A stretch of 64,000 nt of DNA from Gemmatimonadota bacterium (lineage in GTDB: Bacteria > Gemmatimonadota > Gemmatimonadetes > Gemmatimonadales > GWC2-71-9), in contig JBDTNH010000004.1 in assembly GCA_039933845.1 (NCBI GenBank), positions 259-64,258 on the forward strand. The letters run 5' to 3'. The notes below the pieces were generated by a model that was not told the origin of the DNA, ran no database searches, and saw only the letters and a program-made list of their open reading frames with translations. A program made the position numbers and the translations under genes. Shown here in pieces: positions 37,164 through 45,704 of the stretch (its first letter is position 1; each line of letters begins with the position of its first letter).

Positions 37164-37889
37164 GTGAGCACCCCACCCAGCCTCGATCCTGCGAGCCAGC
37201 GGCGGCGATTCAAACGGCGACTCCTGAAATGGTTCCGTACCCATGGCCGTGACCTGCCGTGGCGTCGGACGCGCGATCCCTACCGAGTCCTCGTCTCCGA
37301 GATCATGCTCCAACAGACCCAGGTCTCCCGGGTCGAAGGATACTGGCATGACTTCCTTCGGCGCTTCCCCACCCTCGAGGCCCTGGCCCAAGCACGGCCG
37401 CGGTCGGTCCGCGAGGCGTGGTCTGGCCTCGGCTACTATCGCCGTGCCACAAATCTGCACCGTCTAGCCCGTGACGTCGTCCGCGAGCAGGGTGGCACAC
37501 TCCCCGACGATATTGACGCCCTCCGCGCCCTTCCGGGTATCGGCCCCTACACCGCCGGTGCGGTGGCCTCGTTCGCGTTCGAACGGAACGCCCCGGCGAT
37601 CGACACGAACGTGGGCCGCGTCCTCCGCCGCGTCTTCCATCCCCGAACGAAGGACAATGCCACCGGACGGCGTCGACTCGAGGCGACCGCCCGTGCCCTG
37701 GTGCCGCGCCCCGGCGCCGACGCGTGGATCACCAACCAGGCCCTGATGGAACTCGGCGCGCTCGTCTGCACCGCCCGAATCATGCGCTGTGACCGGTGTC
37801 CGGTGCGTCCTGCCTGTCGGACCGGCGCTCAAGCCGTGACGCCGGCAATCACCTCGACCGCCCGCGCGAGATCACGCGGAAGCACATAG
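37164..37889 (+). CDS. mutY: MutY-type adenine DNA glycosylase, catalytic domain only
   Basis: LPWRRTRDPYRVLVSEIMLQQTQV, GLGYYRRA, HhH GIGPYTA, and Fe-S loop CTARIMRCDRCPVRPAC. GTG start at 37164. Only 241 aa. Confidence 0.75.
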   Translation: MSTPPSLDPASQRRRFKRRLLKWFRTHGRDLPWRRTRDPYRVLVSEIMLQQTQVSRVEGYWHDFLRRFPTLEALAQARPRSVREAWSGLGYYRRATNLHRLARDVVREQGGTLPDDIDALRALPGIGPYTAGAVASFAFERNAPAIDTNVGRVLRRVFHPRTKDNATGRRRLEATARALVPRPGADAWITNQALMELGALVCTARIMRCDRCPVRPACRTGAQAVTPAITSTARARSRGST

Positions 37890-39073
37890 AGGTGCGTGCT
37901 CAATCGCAGGTACTCGTATCCGAACTCCGAGATCCGCCGGGTCCGGAATCCTGCCTCGCCGAGTACCCCCTGGAGGCGGTCGGCCCCGACACCGTCCTTC
38001 GTGAACGACACCATCGCACTCCGAAGTTCCTCAGTGCGTGGGGAGACCAGGCGGACACCCTTCACCTCCCGGAGCATCCCGTCCAGCGTGGTCGAGAGAC
38101 TCCGCGCTCGAGCCTCGATCGCGCGCCGCCCGATCGCATCCTGAAACTGCACCGCCGCGGCGAGTCCAGCGACCAGTGATTCGTTCGAGGTGCCGACATG
38201 CTCGAACCGCCGATAATCATCACGCGCCCAGTCGCCCGAGGCGATCAATGGCCAGGTCGACTCCAGACGGTCAGGGCGCGTGATGAGGAGGCCCGTTCCC
38301 TTGGGCGCCAACAGCCACTTGTGGGGCGAGGTCGCGTAGTAATCGGCATCGATCGCCGCGAGGTCGAGCGCGAGCATTCCGGGTGGATGCGCACCATCGA
38401 TCACCGAGATGATGCCGCGCTCACGGGCAGTCCGGACCAGGCGCGCCACGGGCTGGATCATCCCGGTCGTGAAGAGGATATGCGAGATCAGCATCACCCG
38501 CGTGCGTGGGCCGATCGCACGCACCCAGGCGTCGTGCAATTCGTCGGCGTCGCCCGGGTCGAGCGGTGGGTCGAAGGTGCGAACCGTCGTGCCGCGGCGT
38601 GCCGCGAGCAGGTCCCAGGCACAATGCCCCCCGATGTGCTCGTGCGATGTCATCAGGACCTCGTCGCCCTCGGCCAGGGTCAGTCCGTGCGCCACCAAGT
38701 TGACGGCCTCGGTCGTGTTGCGCACGATGGCAACGGAACCCGGCCACGCGCCGAGGAACCGCTCGAGCGCCACGTGCAAGGCCTCGAGATCGGGATGCTC
38801 CTGTCGCGTGATCCGCTCGAAGGCGCGCAGATGATGAATCGTCGCCTCGAGGACCGGGATCGGGCAGGCGCCGTAGGTGCCGGTGTTGAGATGGGTGCCG
38901 GCGATCACGAACTGATGCTGCAGTGACTCCCAGTCCGGGTCACCGTGACCACGGTTAAAAGTCGCTGGCCGATCCGCGGGATGCCGGCCGTGATCCACCG
39001 CCGCGGCCAGGCCCTGGAACCCAGGCAGCATCGCGCCCAGAGCGAGCAACTCGCGTCGCGTGAGCAGCGTCAC
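37829..39073 (-). CDS. TAT-signal aminotransferase class V-fold PLP-dependent enzyme
   Basis: MTLLTRRELLALGAMLPGFQGLAAA leader. Class V fold with SPHKWLLAPKG (PLP lysine region). Confidence 0.8.
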   Translation of the reverse strand: MTLLTRRELLALGAMLPGFQGLAAAVDHGRHPADRPATFNRGHGDPDWESLQHQFVIAGTHLNTGTYGACPIPVLEATIHHLRAFERITRQEHPDLEALHVALERFLGAWPGSVAIVRNTTEAVNLVAHGLTLAEGDEVLMTSHEHIGGHCAWDLLAARRGTTVRTFDPPLDPGDADELHDAWVRAIGPRTRVMLISHILFTTGMIQPVARLVRTARERGIISVIDGAHPPGMLALDLAAIDADYYATSPHKWLLAPKGTGLLITRPDRLESTWPLIASGDWARDDYRRFEHVGTSNESLVAGLAAAVQFQDAIGRRAIEARARSLSTTLDGMLREVKGVRLVSPRTEELRSAMVSFTKDGVGADRLQGVLGEAGFRTRRISEFGYEYLRLSTHLYVLPRDLARAVEVIAGVTA

Positions 39074-39522
39074 CGGTAAAGCGCGCCGGCACCGAGCGCC
39101 AGCAGCGCGAGGAGCGCCCCGATGAGCGTCATGCGGCCGAGCCGGATTCGACCGGCGTCAAACGCGGGCGCGGTGTCGCCGGTTGGGTCGAGTCGGGCAA
39201 GACGCGCGGCCGCCGGCATCGCCCCCAGCAGGGTCACCAGGGCCGCCAGCACCCCGAGTGCCTGCATGGACCCCAGCCACGCCCCGACCCGTGTCGACAT
39301 CACCCCGTACATCTGGAACGTGAGCATCAATCCCGAGGCCACGCTGAGCAGGGCCCCGGGCCCCACCAGGATGCGATACAGTGCCGACTGCACCTCTGCG
39401 ACCCCCCCCCAGTGACGACGATCGACGTGTGCGTATGCCCCGGCGGCCACCACGACACTGGCCATCCCGCCGATCCAGACCGTGAAGGCAAGCAGATGGA
39501 TGAATCGCCACACGTGCGTCAT
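39070..39522 (-). CDS. integral membrane protein (four helices), function unknown
   Basis: MTHVWRFIHLLAFTVWIGGMASV.... 4-nt overlaps on both sides. Confidence 0.55.
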   Translation of the reverse strand: MTHVWRFIHLLAFTVWIGGMASVVVAAGAYAHVDRRHWGGVAEVQSALYRILVGPGALLSVASGLMLTFQMYGVMSTRVGAWLGSMQALGVLAALVTLLGAMPAAARLARLDPTGDTAPAFDAGRIRLGRMTLIGALLALLALGAGALYR

Positions 39523-39941
39523 GAGTGACCCCGCACCGAGAGCAGATCGTCCACCGGCTGCCGCTCCCGGTCGCTGGGATCGACCGCGAGCCAGAACCCC
39601 ACATCGGGCTCCCCCAGCTGCCAGGACAGCATGATCGGCTGCCCGTCGCGTTCGCTGGGAAAATCGACGAGTCCGACTTCGAAGTCGCGCAGACGGCAGC
39701 CGACCTGGTCAAGCTCGCCGACACACGCGTCGAGCTGCTCGGCGAGGGACGCTGCCTCGCGCCGGGCCGCGACGGCGGCCTCCGACTCTTCCCCCCCCTT
39801 TGTACTGCCGACCTGCAGCAGGTCGAACCGATGCACGGCTGCGCGCCAGGCGCGCTTGAGCGCGACGACATCGGTCACGATCCGTGAGACCAGCGGCAGG
39901 GTCCGGACCGCGGCCTCCGGTGTGAATGGCTTGGTCATCAC
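39519..39941 (-). CDS. conserved hypothetical protein (DUF2203-like)
   Basis: MMTKPFTPEAAVRTLPLVSRIV... and DFEVGLVDFP resemble DUF2203. Family assignment is from memory only. Confidence 0.5.
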   Translation of the reverse strand: MMTKPFTPEAAVRTLPLVSRIVTDVVALKRAWRAAVHRFDLLQVGSTKGGEESEAAVAARREAASLAEQLDACVGELDQVGCRLRDFEVGLVDFPSERDGQPIMLSWQLGEPDVGFWLAVDPSDRERQPVDDLLSVRGHS

Positions 39942-40762
39942 AACTCCTCGAGTGCAGTGCGCATGGCGCGTTCACCCGCGCGACCGTACTCCGCGATCCG
40001 GTCGAGGGCGAAGGTGGCACCCCGATCGCTCACCGGGCGCACCCAGAGGAGCGGGGGGAGGGTCGGCTTGAGATTCCACTGTTCACGCAGCAATTGGGTC
40101 GTCCCGGCCATCAACCAGCCCTGGGCACGGTCGGAGGCGGCCAGGAGCGGGGGAGGGCGATGCACCGGTTCCCCGGTTTCGTCAAAGCCCGGTCCGACAT
40201 CGATGGCGATCACGAGGTCGACCTCCAGATGCTCGGCGAGGCCGAGCGGGAGCGGATACCGGATGCCGCCGTCGAGGAATGCACGACCGTTCACCATGAC
40301 CGGCGCAAACCAGGGTGGCAGCGCGCACGAGGCCGACAGCACATCGAGAATCGGGGCATCCTCACCACCGGTGCCGAACGCCACGCTCCGACCGCGCTCG
40401 GCCTCCACCGCGGTGATCGTGCAGGGCGTGCGCAGATCCGCAAATCGGCGTGGCGTGATCAGGCGTTCAATTGCGCCCCGAAACACGGAATTGCGGAAGA
40501 TCGACCGGGCCCAGATGGTGCGGAAGGGGAAGAGGGTGACGCGGCTGATCACCTCCCGGGGACTGAGCTTGCCGAAACCGGTGAGCAGCGCCGCAGGATC
40601 GGCCCCACCCGCGAGCGCCACCGCGACCACGGATCCCATCGACGTCCCGATCCAGTGCACTGGCGTGATCCCGGCCTCGGCCAGCGCCACGGCGGCGCCG
40701 AGATGGGCAGCGGCTTTCGCACCGCCCCCCCCCAACACGACCGCCACGCGAGGGCCACTCAT
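39938..40762 (-). CDS. patatin-like phospholipase
   Basis: Oxyanion GGGGAKAAAH, nucleophile elbow GTSMG, and catalytic Asp in FLDGG. Confidence 0.85.
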   Translation of the reverse strand: MSGPRVAVVLGGGGAKAAAHLGAAVALAEAGITPVHWIGTSMGSVVAVALAGGADPAALLTGFGKLSPREVISRVTLFPFRTIWARSIFRNSVFRGAIERLITPRRFADLRTPCTITAVEAERGRSVAFGTGGEDAPILDVLSASCALPPWFAPVMVNGRAFLDGGIRYPLPLGLAEHLEVDLVIAIDVGPGFDETGEPVHRPPPLLAASDRAQGWLMAGTTQLLREQWNLKPTLPPLLWVRPVSDRGATFALDRIAEYGRAGERAMRTALEEL

Positions 40763-41202
40763 CGGGTGGCATGCTCCGTACGATAGCGCTCGGCCGCAGC
40801 ATACCGTTCCTGCTCCGCCGCCGTCTCCGGCACGAGGCGCGGCACGCGCTTCGGTCGGCCGTAGTCGTCGATCGCCACGAACACGACCCGGGCCGTGTGG
40901 GTCTGGCGCCGCTCACCGGTGCTCGGCTGTTCCGCGAAGACCTCGACCGTGATGTCCATCGAGGAGTTGCCGACATACTCGACCTGCGCCAGGCAGGTGA
41001 CCAGCGCCCCCATCGGAATGCGCTCCCGGAAGTCGACCCGATGGATCGATGCCGTCACGGCCTTCCCCCCCGCGTGGCGGATCGCGGCGATCGCCGCGGC
41101 CTGATCCACCATCGCCATGATGTTCCCGCCGAAGAGGTCGCCGAGAATATTGGCCATGTGGGGCATCACGAGCGTCGAGATCTCGCCTCGAGAGTGGGAC
41201 AT
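40759..41202 (-). CDS. acyl-CoA thioesterase (hotdog fold, YciA-like)
   Basis: LVMPHMANILGDLFGGNIMAMVDQAAA. ATG at 41202. Confidence 0.8.
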   Translation of the reverse strand: MSHSRGEISTLVMPHMANILGDLFGGNIMAMVDQAAAIAAIRHAGGKAVTASIHRVDFRERIPMGALVTCLAQVEYVGNSSMDITVEVFAEQPSTGERRQTHTARVVFVAIDDYGRPKRVPRLVPETAAEQERYAAAERYRTEHATR

Positions 41203-41297
41203 CGGTCGGGATTCGGGCACGCAGCAGTCCTCGTCGGGGTTGGTGCAGGGTCGATCCCGGGTCACCGAGCGTCAAGCCAGGAAACCCGTTCCTCTGG

Positions 41298-43094
41298 TCA
41301 GTAATCTACCGGGCGCAAATAGTATTCCCCGATCGCCGTGCCGCTCACCATGGCCGTGCTGGGCAGCCGGCGCTTCCAGTGGGTCGAGTCCAGTCGCCGA
41401 CGCACGATCGCCACCTCATCGGTCGTGTAGCCGGCGGTGGCCAAGGCATCCTCGCCGAAGCCCCGCAGGATGAGGTCCAGAATGCCGTCCGCGACCTGGT
41501 AGGTCGTCCCGAAATCAGCTTCGTCGGTTTGATCCGCCACCAGGTCGGCGGTCGCCGGCTTGTCAACGATCGCTGCCGGTACCCCGACGTGGCGAGCCAG
41601 CGCCCAGACCTGCGTCTTGAAGAGATCACCGATCGGGTTGATGGGAGGTGAGTCGTCAGCGTGCCAGGTGAAGTACCCGAGCAGTCGCTCACTCTTGTTG
41701 CCGGTGCCGAGCGGCAGGGCCTGGAGTCCGGCCGAGAGGTCGAACAGCGTGGTCATCCTGAGACGAGCCATCACATTGCCGAGCCGAGCTGGGGAGAGCG
41801 TTTCGGCGGTTGCGGCCGCATAGCCATCGACCGCGGCCGTGATATCGATGGTACGCTCCTCGATACCGAGCGCCTCAGTGACGATGCGGGCATGATCGAG
41901 CGACGCCACGCTCGAGGACCGATACGGCATGCGAACCGCGATCACCCGGTCGGGCCCCAGCGCCTCGGCCGCGAGCCAGGCGACCAGAGCCGAGTCCACG
42001 CCGCCCGAGAGCCCGAGTATGACGCGATCAAATCCCCGACGGCGCCCCACCTCATCGCGGAGGAACTCCACCAGCCAGGTCCGCGCCAGGACCGGATCGA
42101 TGGCCAATCGCTCGGTGGCCGTGGGCACGCTGACCACCCCGGTGAAGGCTGGGGAATCACCGTTTCGATCTGGGCCGAGCGAAGGCTCTTCGCCGAGCGA
42201 CACGGCGCGTTGGCGCGCCCGACCGAGTGCCTCGATCAATTGGGGGAGCCGGAGTTCCAAATCAGCCAGCAACGGGGAATCGGCCCGAACCCGCGACACC
42301 GCCTCCAAGTCGATGGTGTGACGAATCACGGCGTCCTCGAACAACGGACCTCGGGCCAGGACCTCTCCGTCCGGGCCCGTGAGGAGCGAGCCGCCCGGAA
42401 ACCCCTTGCCGCCCTCGAATCCCACCAGTTGGGACATCGCGACGAACACCCCATGCTCGCCGGCGATGTCGCGCGCGAGCCGATCCCATCTGGCGATCGA
42501 GCCGGGCTGCCCCGGGTGCACCGGATCCGGGGCGAGCCCGCGTGCCGGACTCGCCGCAAGTACCGCGATCAGCTGTGCGCCGTCGACGGCGGCAATGGTC
42601 GCCGCCAGCGAATGCCAGGCGTCCTCGCAGATCAGCATCGCCACCCGGCCGAATCGGGTCTCGAACGCCCGGATATCCGAGCCGGCCTCGACGAACCGTT
42701 CCTCATCGAAGACGCCATAGGTCGGCAGGAACAACTTGCGGTGCACGTGACGAATGCCGGCATCCCCCCCCCCGAGCGTGGCCCACATCGCGGAATTGTG
42801 GAGCCGGCCGTTCCAACGCTCGTAGAACCCGAGGACGATATCAATCGGGGCGGTTGCTGCGGACGAGTGACGACGGCGCAGTGCCTCGAACAGCGACTCG
42901 GCCGTGACCGCGTGCTCACGAACGCCGCCCTCGAGGAAGTACCCGGTCGTGGCCGTTTCGGGGAGGATGAGGAGCTCAGGTCGTGCTGAGCCGTGACCAA
43001 GCGAGTGCAGGAGCCCGCCGATCCGATCCAGATTCTCGCTCGGGCGACCCTTGCTGGGGCGGAACTGGCAGAGGGCGATAGGGACCGGACGCAT
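41298..43094 (-). CDS. nadE: glutamine-dependent NAD+ synthetase
   Basis: N-terminal CN-hydrolase domain (ICEDAWH) and C-terminal PP-loop GLSGGVDSA. ATG at 43094. Confidence 0.9.
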   Translation of the reverse strand: MRPVPIALCQFRPSKGRPSENLDRIGGLLHSLGHGSARPELLILPETATTGYFLEGGVREHAVTAESLFEALRRRHSSAATAPIDIVLGFYERWNGRLHNSAMWATLGGGDAGIRHVHRKLFLPTYGVFDEERFVEAGSDIRAFETRFGRVAMLICEDAWHSLAATIAAVDGAQLIAVLAASPARGLAPDPVHPGQPGSIARWDRLARDIAGEHGVFVAMSQLVGFEGGKGFPGGSLLTGPDGEVLARGPLFEDAVIRHTIDLEAVSRVRADSPLLADLELRLPQLIEALGRARQRAVSLGEEPSLGPDRNGDSPAFTGVVSVPTATERLAIDPVLARTWLVEFLRDEVGRRRGFDRVILGLSGGVDSALVAWLAAEALGPDRVIAVRMPYRSSSVASLDHARIVTEALGIEERTIDITAAVDGYAAATAETLSPARLGNVMARLRMTTLFDLSAGLQALPLGTGNKSERLLGYFTWHADDSPPINPIGDLFKTQVWALARHVGVPAAIVDKPATADLVADQTDEADFGTTYQVADGILDLILRGFGEDALATAGYTTDEVAIVRRRLDSTHWKRRLPSTAMVSGTAIGEYYLRPVDY

Positions 43095-43154
43095 GTCACA
43101 ATCTACCCGCGTCGATTCGTATATTCCCTGCTTCTCGACCATCAGGAGCGTGCC

Positions 43155-43616
43155 ATGACCCTACTCGACTCGATCGCCGATGCCCCCAATGCCAGTCAGC
43201 CGCTGCCTTGGCTTCTCACCTGTGGCCAGCCCACGGTTGAGCAGTTCACCAGGGCCGTGGAGGCCGGCGTGACCCTCGTGATCGACCTCCGGGATCCGAT
43301 GGAAGCGCGCCCCTTCGATGAGCCAGATACCCTCAAGGGACTGGGTGCGACATACCTCAACGTGCCGGTGACCTCCGGGGCGCTCGACGACACCTCGCTC
43401 GAACAGATCCTCGAGGCGATCCGTGCCCACCCAAACGCGCCGACGATGGTCCACTGCGCGAGCGCCAACCGCGTCGGCGGCGCGCTGATCCCCTTCTTCA
43501 TGCTCGATCAGGGAATGGACGAGCCTGCGGCGATTGACGCCGCGATGAAGGTCGGGCTACGAAGTGCCGAACTGATGGAGTGGGGCCTCGCCTATGCACG
43601 AGCGCGCCGCCCCTAG
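43155..43616 (+). CDS. DUF442/phosphatase-like (beta-lactamase hydrolase-like N-domain type) protein
   Basis: HCASANR active-site-like loop. AGGAG 6 nt upstream of ATG 43155. Confidence 0.6.
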   Translation: MTLLDSIADAPNASQPLPWLLTCGQPTVEQFTRAVEAGVTLVIDLRDPMEARPFDEPDTLKGLGATYLNVPVTSGALDDTSLEQILEAIRAHPNAPTMVHCASANRVGGALIPFFMLDQGMDEPAAIDAAMKVGLRSAELMEWGLAYARARRP

Positions 43617-43656
43617 TTCGGGACGGCGCGCCTGTACGTGATCAGCGGAACTTGCC

Positions 43657-45114
43657 CTACCGACTGCTGGGGCCTCGGCTCCGAGACCGCGTCGGACCGC
43701 TACTCGCCGGAGGCGGAGGTGGCGACGACCGACTGGTGCTTGGCGGCGGGCTGCTCGGTCGGGGGGCCGGTTCTGGCGAGCTCTGCCGGGGGGGCGGGCT
43801 ACTTTCCCGAGGCGGCGAACTCTGGCGTGACGGAGGCGATGCCTCGCGGCGGGGCGGCGGGCTCGAGACCGGACGCATGCCCGCACTCGCTTCGCGAGTG
43901 GTCGCTTCCTCCCGAGGCATACTCCGCGACGAGGTGGGCGGACGGTACACGGGCCGCTCCTCCCCGCGTTCCTGGACCAGCGGGGTCGGAGCGGGGAGCG
44001 TCGACCGAGTCCCGACGGCGCTTTCCGACGTCGGGCGGCGGCTCCGCGAGCGCTCGGTCTGGGTCGGAGCCGGCGGTGGTGCCGACGACCGGCTTGGCGG
44101 AGTCGCAGTCGACGGCGGCCGATTTTCCGTGGCCGGTGGGGGCGATCCGCCACGGCTCCGCGTCGTCACCGTCCTGCCACCCACCGAGGTGGATGTCGGG
44201 CGAGGCATTGGATCGCTCAACCGACGCCCGATTCCCGTCGCCGGCGCAAGTCCGCCCTGTGGGACCCGCGCACGAGTCCCATAGATCGGGTTGGGTACCA
44301 CGGGTCGTAGCGGCGTGTTGATCACCGTGATCGGACGATAGGGCGTCCCGTAATAGGGGTCCCACCCATACCACCCGTTCCATCCTCCGCCATACCCAGA
44401 GCCCCAACCCGAGTAGCCGTAGCGGTTCCGTCCATACTGAGAGCCATACCACGGGTCGTACCAGGGGTCGTTCCAGCGGCTGCCAATCGAGATCGACCAG
44501 CCCGGCGAACGCCATCCGCAGGCCAGGCAAGTATCGAAGTAGGGGTCACCCCATCCGGCATCCGCGACGACCACCGGCTGCGTACTCTCATATCCCGGAC
44601 CCCAGACTCGGTAGCCGAGAACGTCGTAGTCGAAATTGCCACGGTCCGTCATCCGGTCGACGATGTCGAGGAGCTGCGACTCGACATCACCGGCTGGATC
44701 GGCCAGCCGAAGGCGTTCATAGTCCCAGCGCACACCGTTGCCGGTGGCGTAGCCCGCAAAGGAGAATCGCTCGCGCGAGAGGACAGAGAGAATGATCCCG
44801 GTCCCACCACGATCGTCCGCGAGGAATGTCGCATCGTCGTGCTGTCCACGAAGGGCATACCGCCGTCCGCCCCGGACCGACGTGTCGAGGTCGGGGTCGA
44901 CCGGAAAAAGGACCCGTACATAGCCGTCGCCATCGACGCGGAAGACGAGCAAGTAGCCATCGTCGTCTGGAGCGACTTCGACCTTGACCCGGTCACCTGG
45001 GCGATAGTCGCCACCATTGAGGGAAAGGCGAACCTGATCATTGGCTGGCACGCCAACGACCCCGGCCGATACACCGGCCGAGGTCGCGGCAAGCAAGGCG
45101 AGTAACGCGTACAT
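43657..45114 (-). CDS. secreted DUF4384-like protein with a W/Y/G-rich segment and a Pro/Ser/Arg-rich tail
   Basis: Signal peptide, GDRVKVEVAPDDDGYLLVFRVDGDGYVRVLFP (DUF4384-type), then low-complexity regions. Confidence 0.65.
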   Translation of the reverse strand: MYALLALLAATSAGVSAGVVGVPANDQVRLSLNGGDYRPGDRVKVEVAPDDDGYLLVFRVDGDGYVRVLFPVDPDLDTSVRGGRRYALRGQHDDATFLADDRGGTGIILSVLSRERFSFAGYATGNGVRWDYERLRLADPAGDVESQLLDIVDRMTDRGNFDYDVLGYRVWGPGYESTQPVVVADAGWGDPYFDTCLACGWRSPGWSISIGSRWNDPWYDPWYGSQYGRNRYGYSGWGSGYGGGWNGWYGWDPYYGTPYRPITVINTPLRPVVPNPIYGTRARVPQGGLAPATGIGRRLSDPMPRPTSTSVGGRTVTTRSRGGSPPPATENRPPSTATPPSRSSAPPPAPTQTERSRSRRPTSESAVGTRSTLPAPTPLVQERGEERPVYRPPTSSRSMPREEATTREASAGMRPVSSPPPRREASPPSRQSSPPRESSPPPRQSSPEPAPRPSSPPPSTSRSSPPPPPASSGPTRSRSRGPSSR

Positions 45115-45275
45115 GGTTCCTCCTGCACTTTGTGACGGACCGGCACCTTCAGGGACAGCCTCCTACATATACCAGATTCATGCCAGACTTAAGTTATTTA
45201 ATGGCAACAACTTGAGAAAGACGGCACAACGAATATGTCCGATTGCTCGGTGAAGTTGACGATTCCCCGACACCC

Positions 45276-45704
45276 TCAAGCCCTGGAGGTATCCCGGCCG
45301 CCGTTCCAGCGATGCCAGTACATGCGCAGTTCGGTGATCCGATGACCGTCGGTCTCGGCGAACAGCGCTCCCCGGGCGTCGACCCACTGCCCCGACTTTC
45401 GGCGCCGGAAGACCAGGCGAAATTCGGTGCTGAACCAGAGGTCCCCGGCGGTGAAGATCTCGCCCACGGTGAACCGCGGTTCAGACTGGCTGTACGGGAT
45501 ATCAGCCGCCCAACTCCGCATGGCGGCAATGCCCCTGATCGGCTCAGAGAATGGCGTCTCGAGAAACGTGCACTCCTCGGCGAACACTTCCATCATGGTG
45601 TCGATTCTGGCCTTGCTCCAGCTGCGAGCGAGGGTTTCCGCGAGCGCGCGCGCGCGCAGAGTGAACGGGAGCTCGAGCTCCGAGTTGTCGTCGTCCGTGC
45701 TCAT
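45276..45704 (-). CDS. NTF2/SnoaL-like fold protein
   Basis: About 140 aa, and its ATG overlaps the kinase stop (ATGA). The fold assignment is weak. Confidence 0.5.
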   Translation of the reverse strand: MSTDDDNSELELPFTLRARALAETLARSWSKARIDTMMEVFAEECTFLETPFSEPIRGIAAMRSWAADIPYSQSEPRFTVGEIFTAGDLWFSTEFRLVFRRRKSGQWVDARGALFAETDGHRITELRMYWHRWNGGRDTSRA

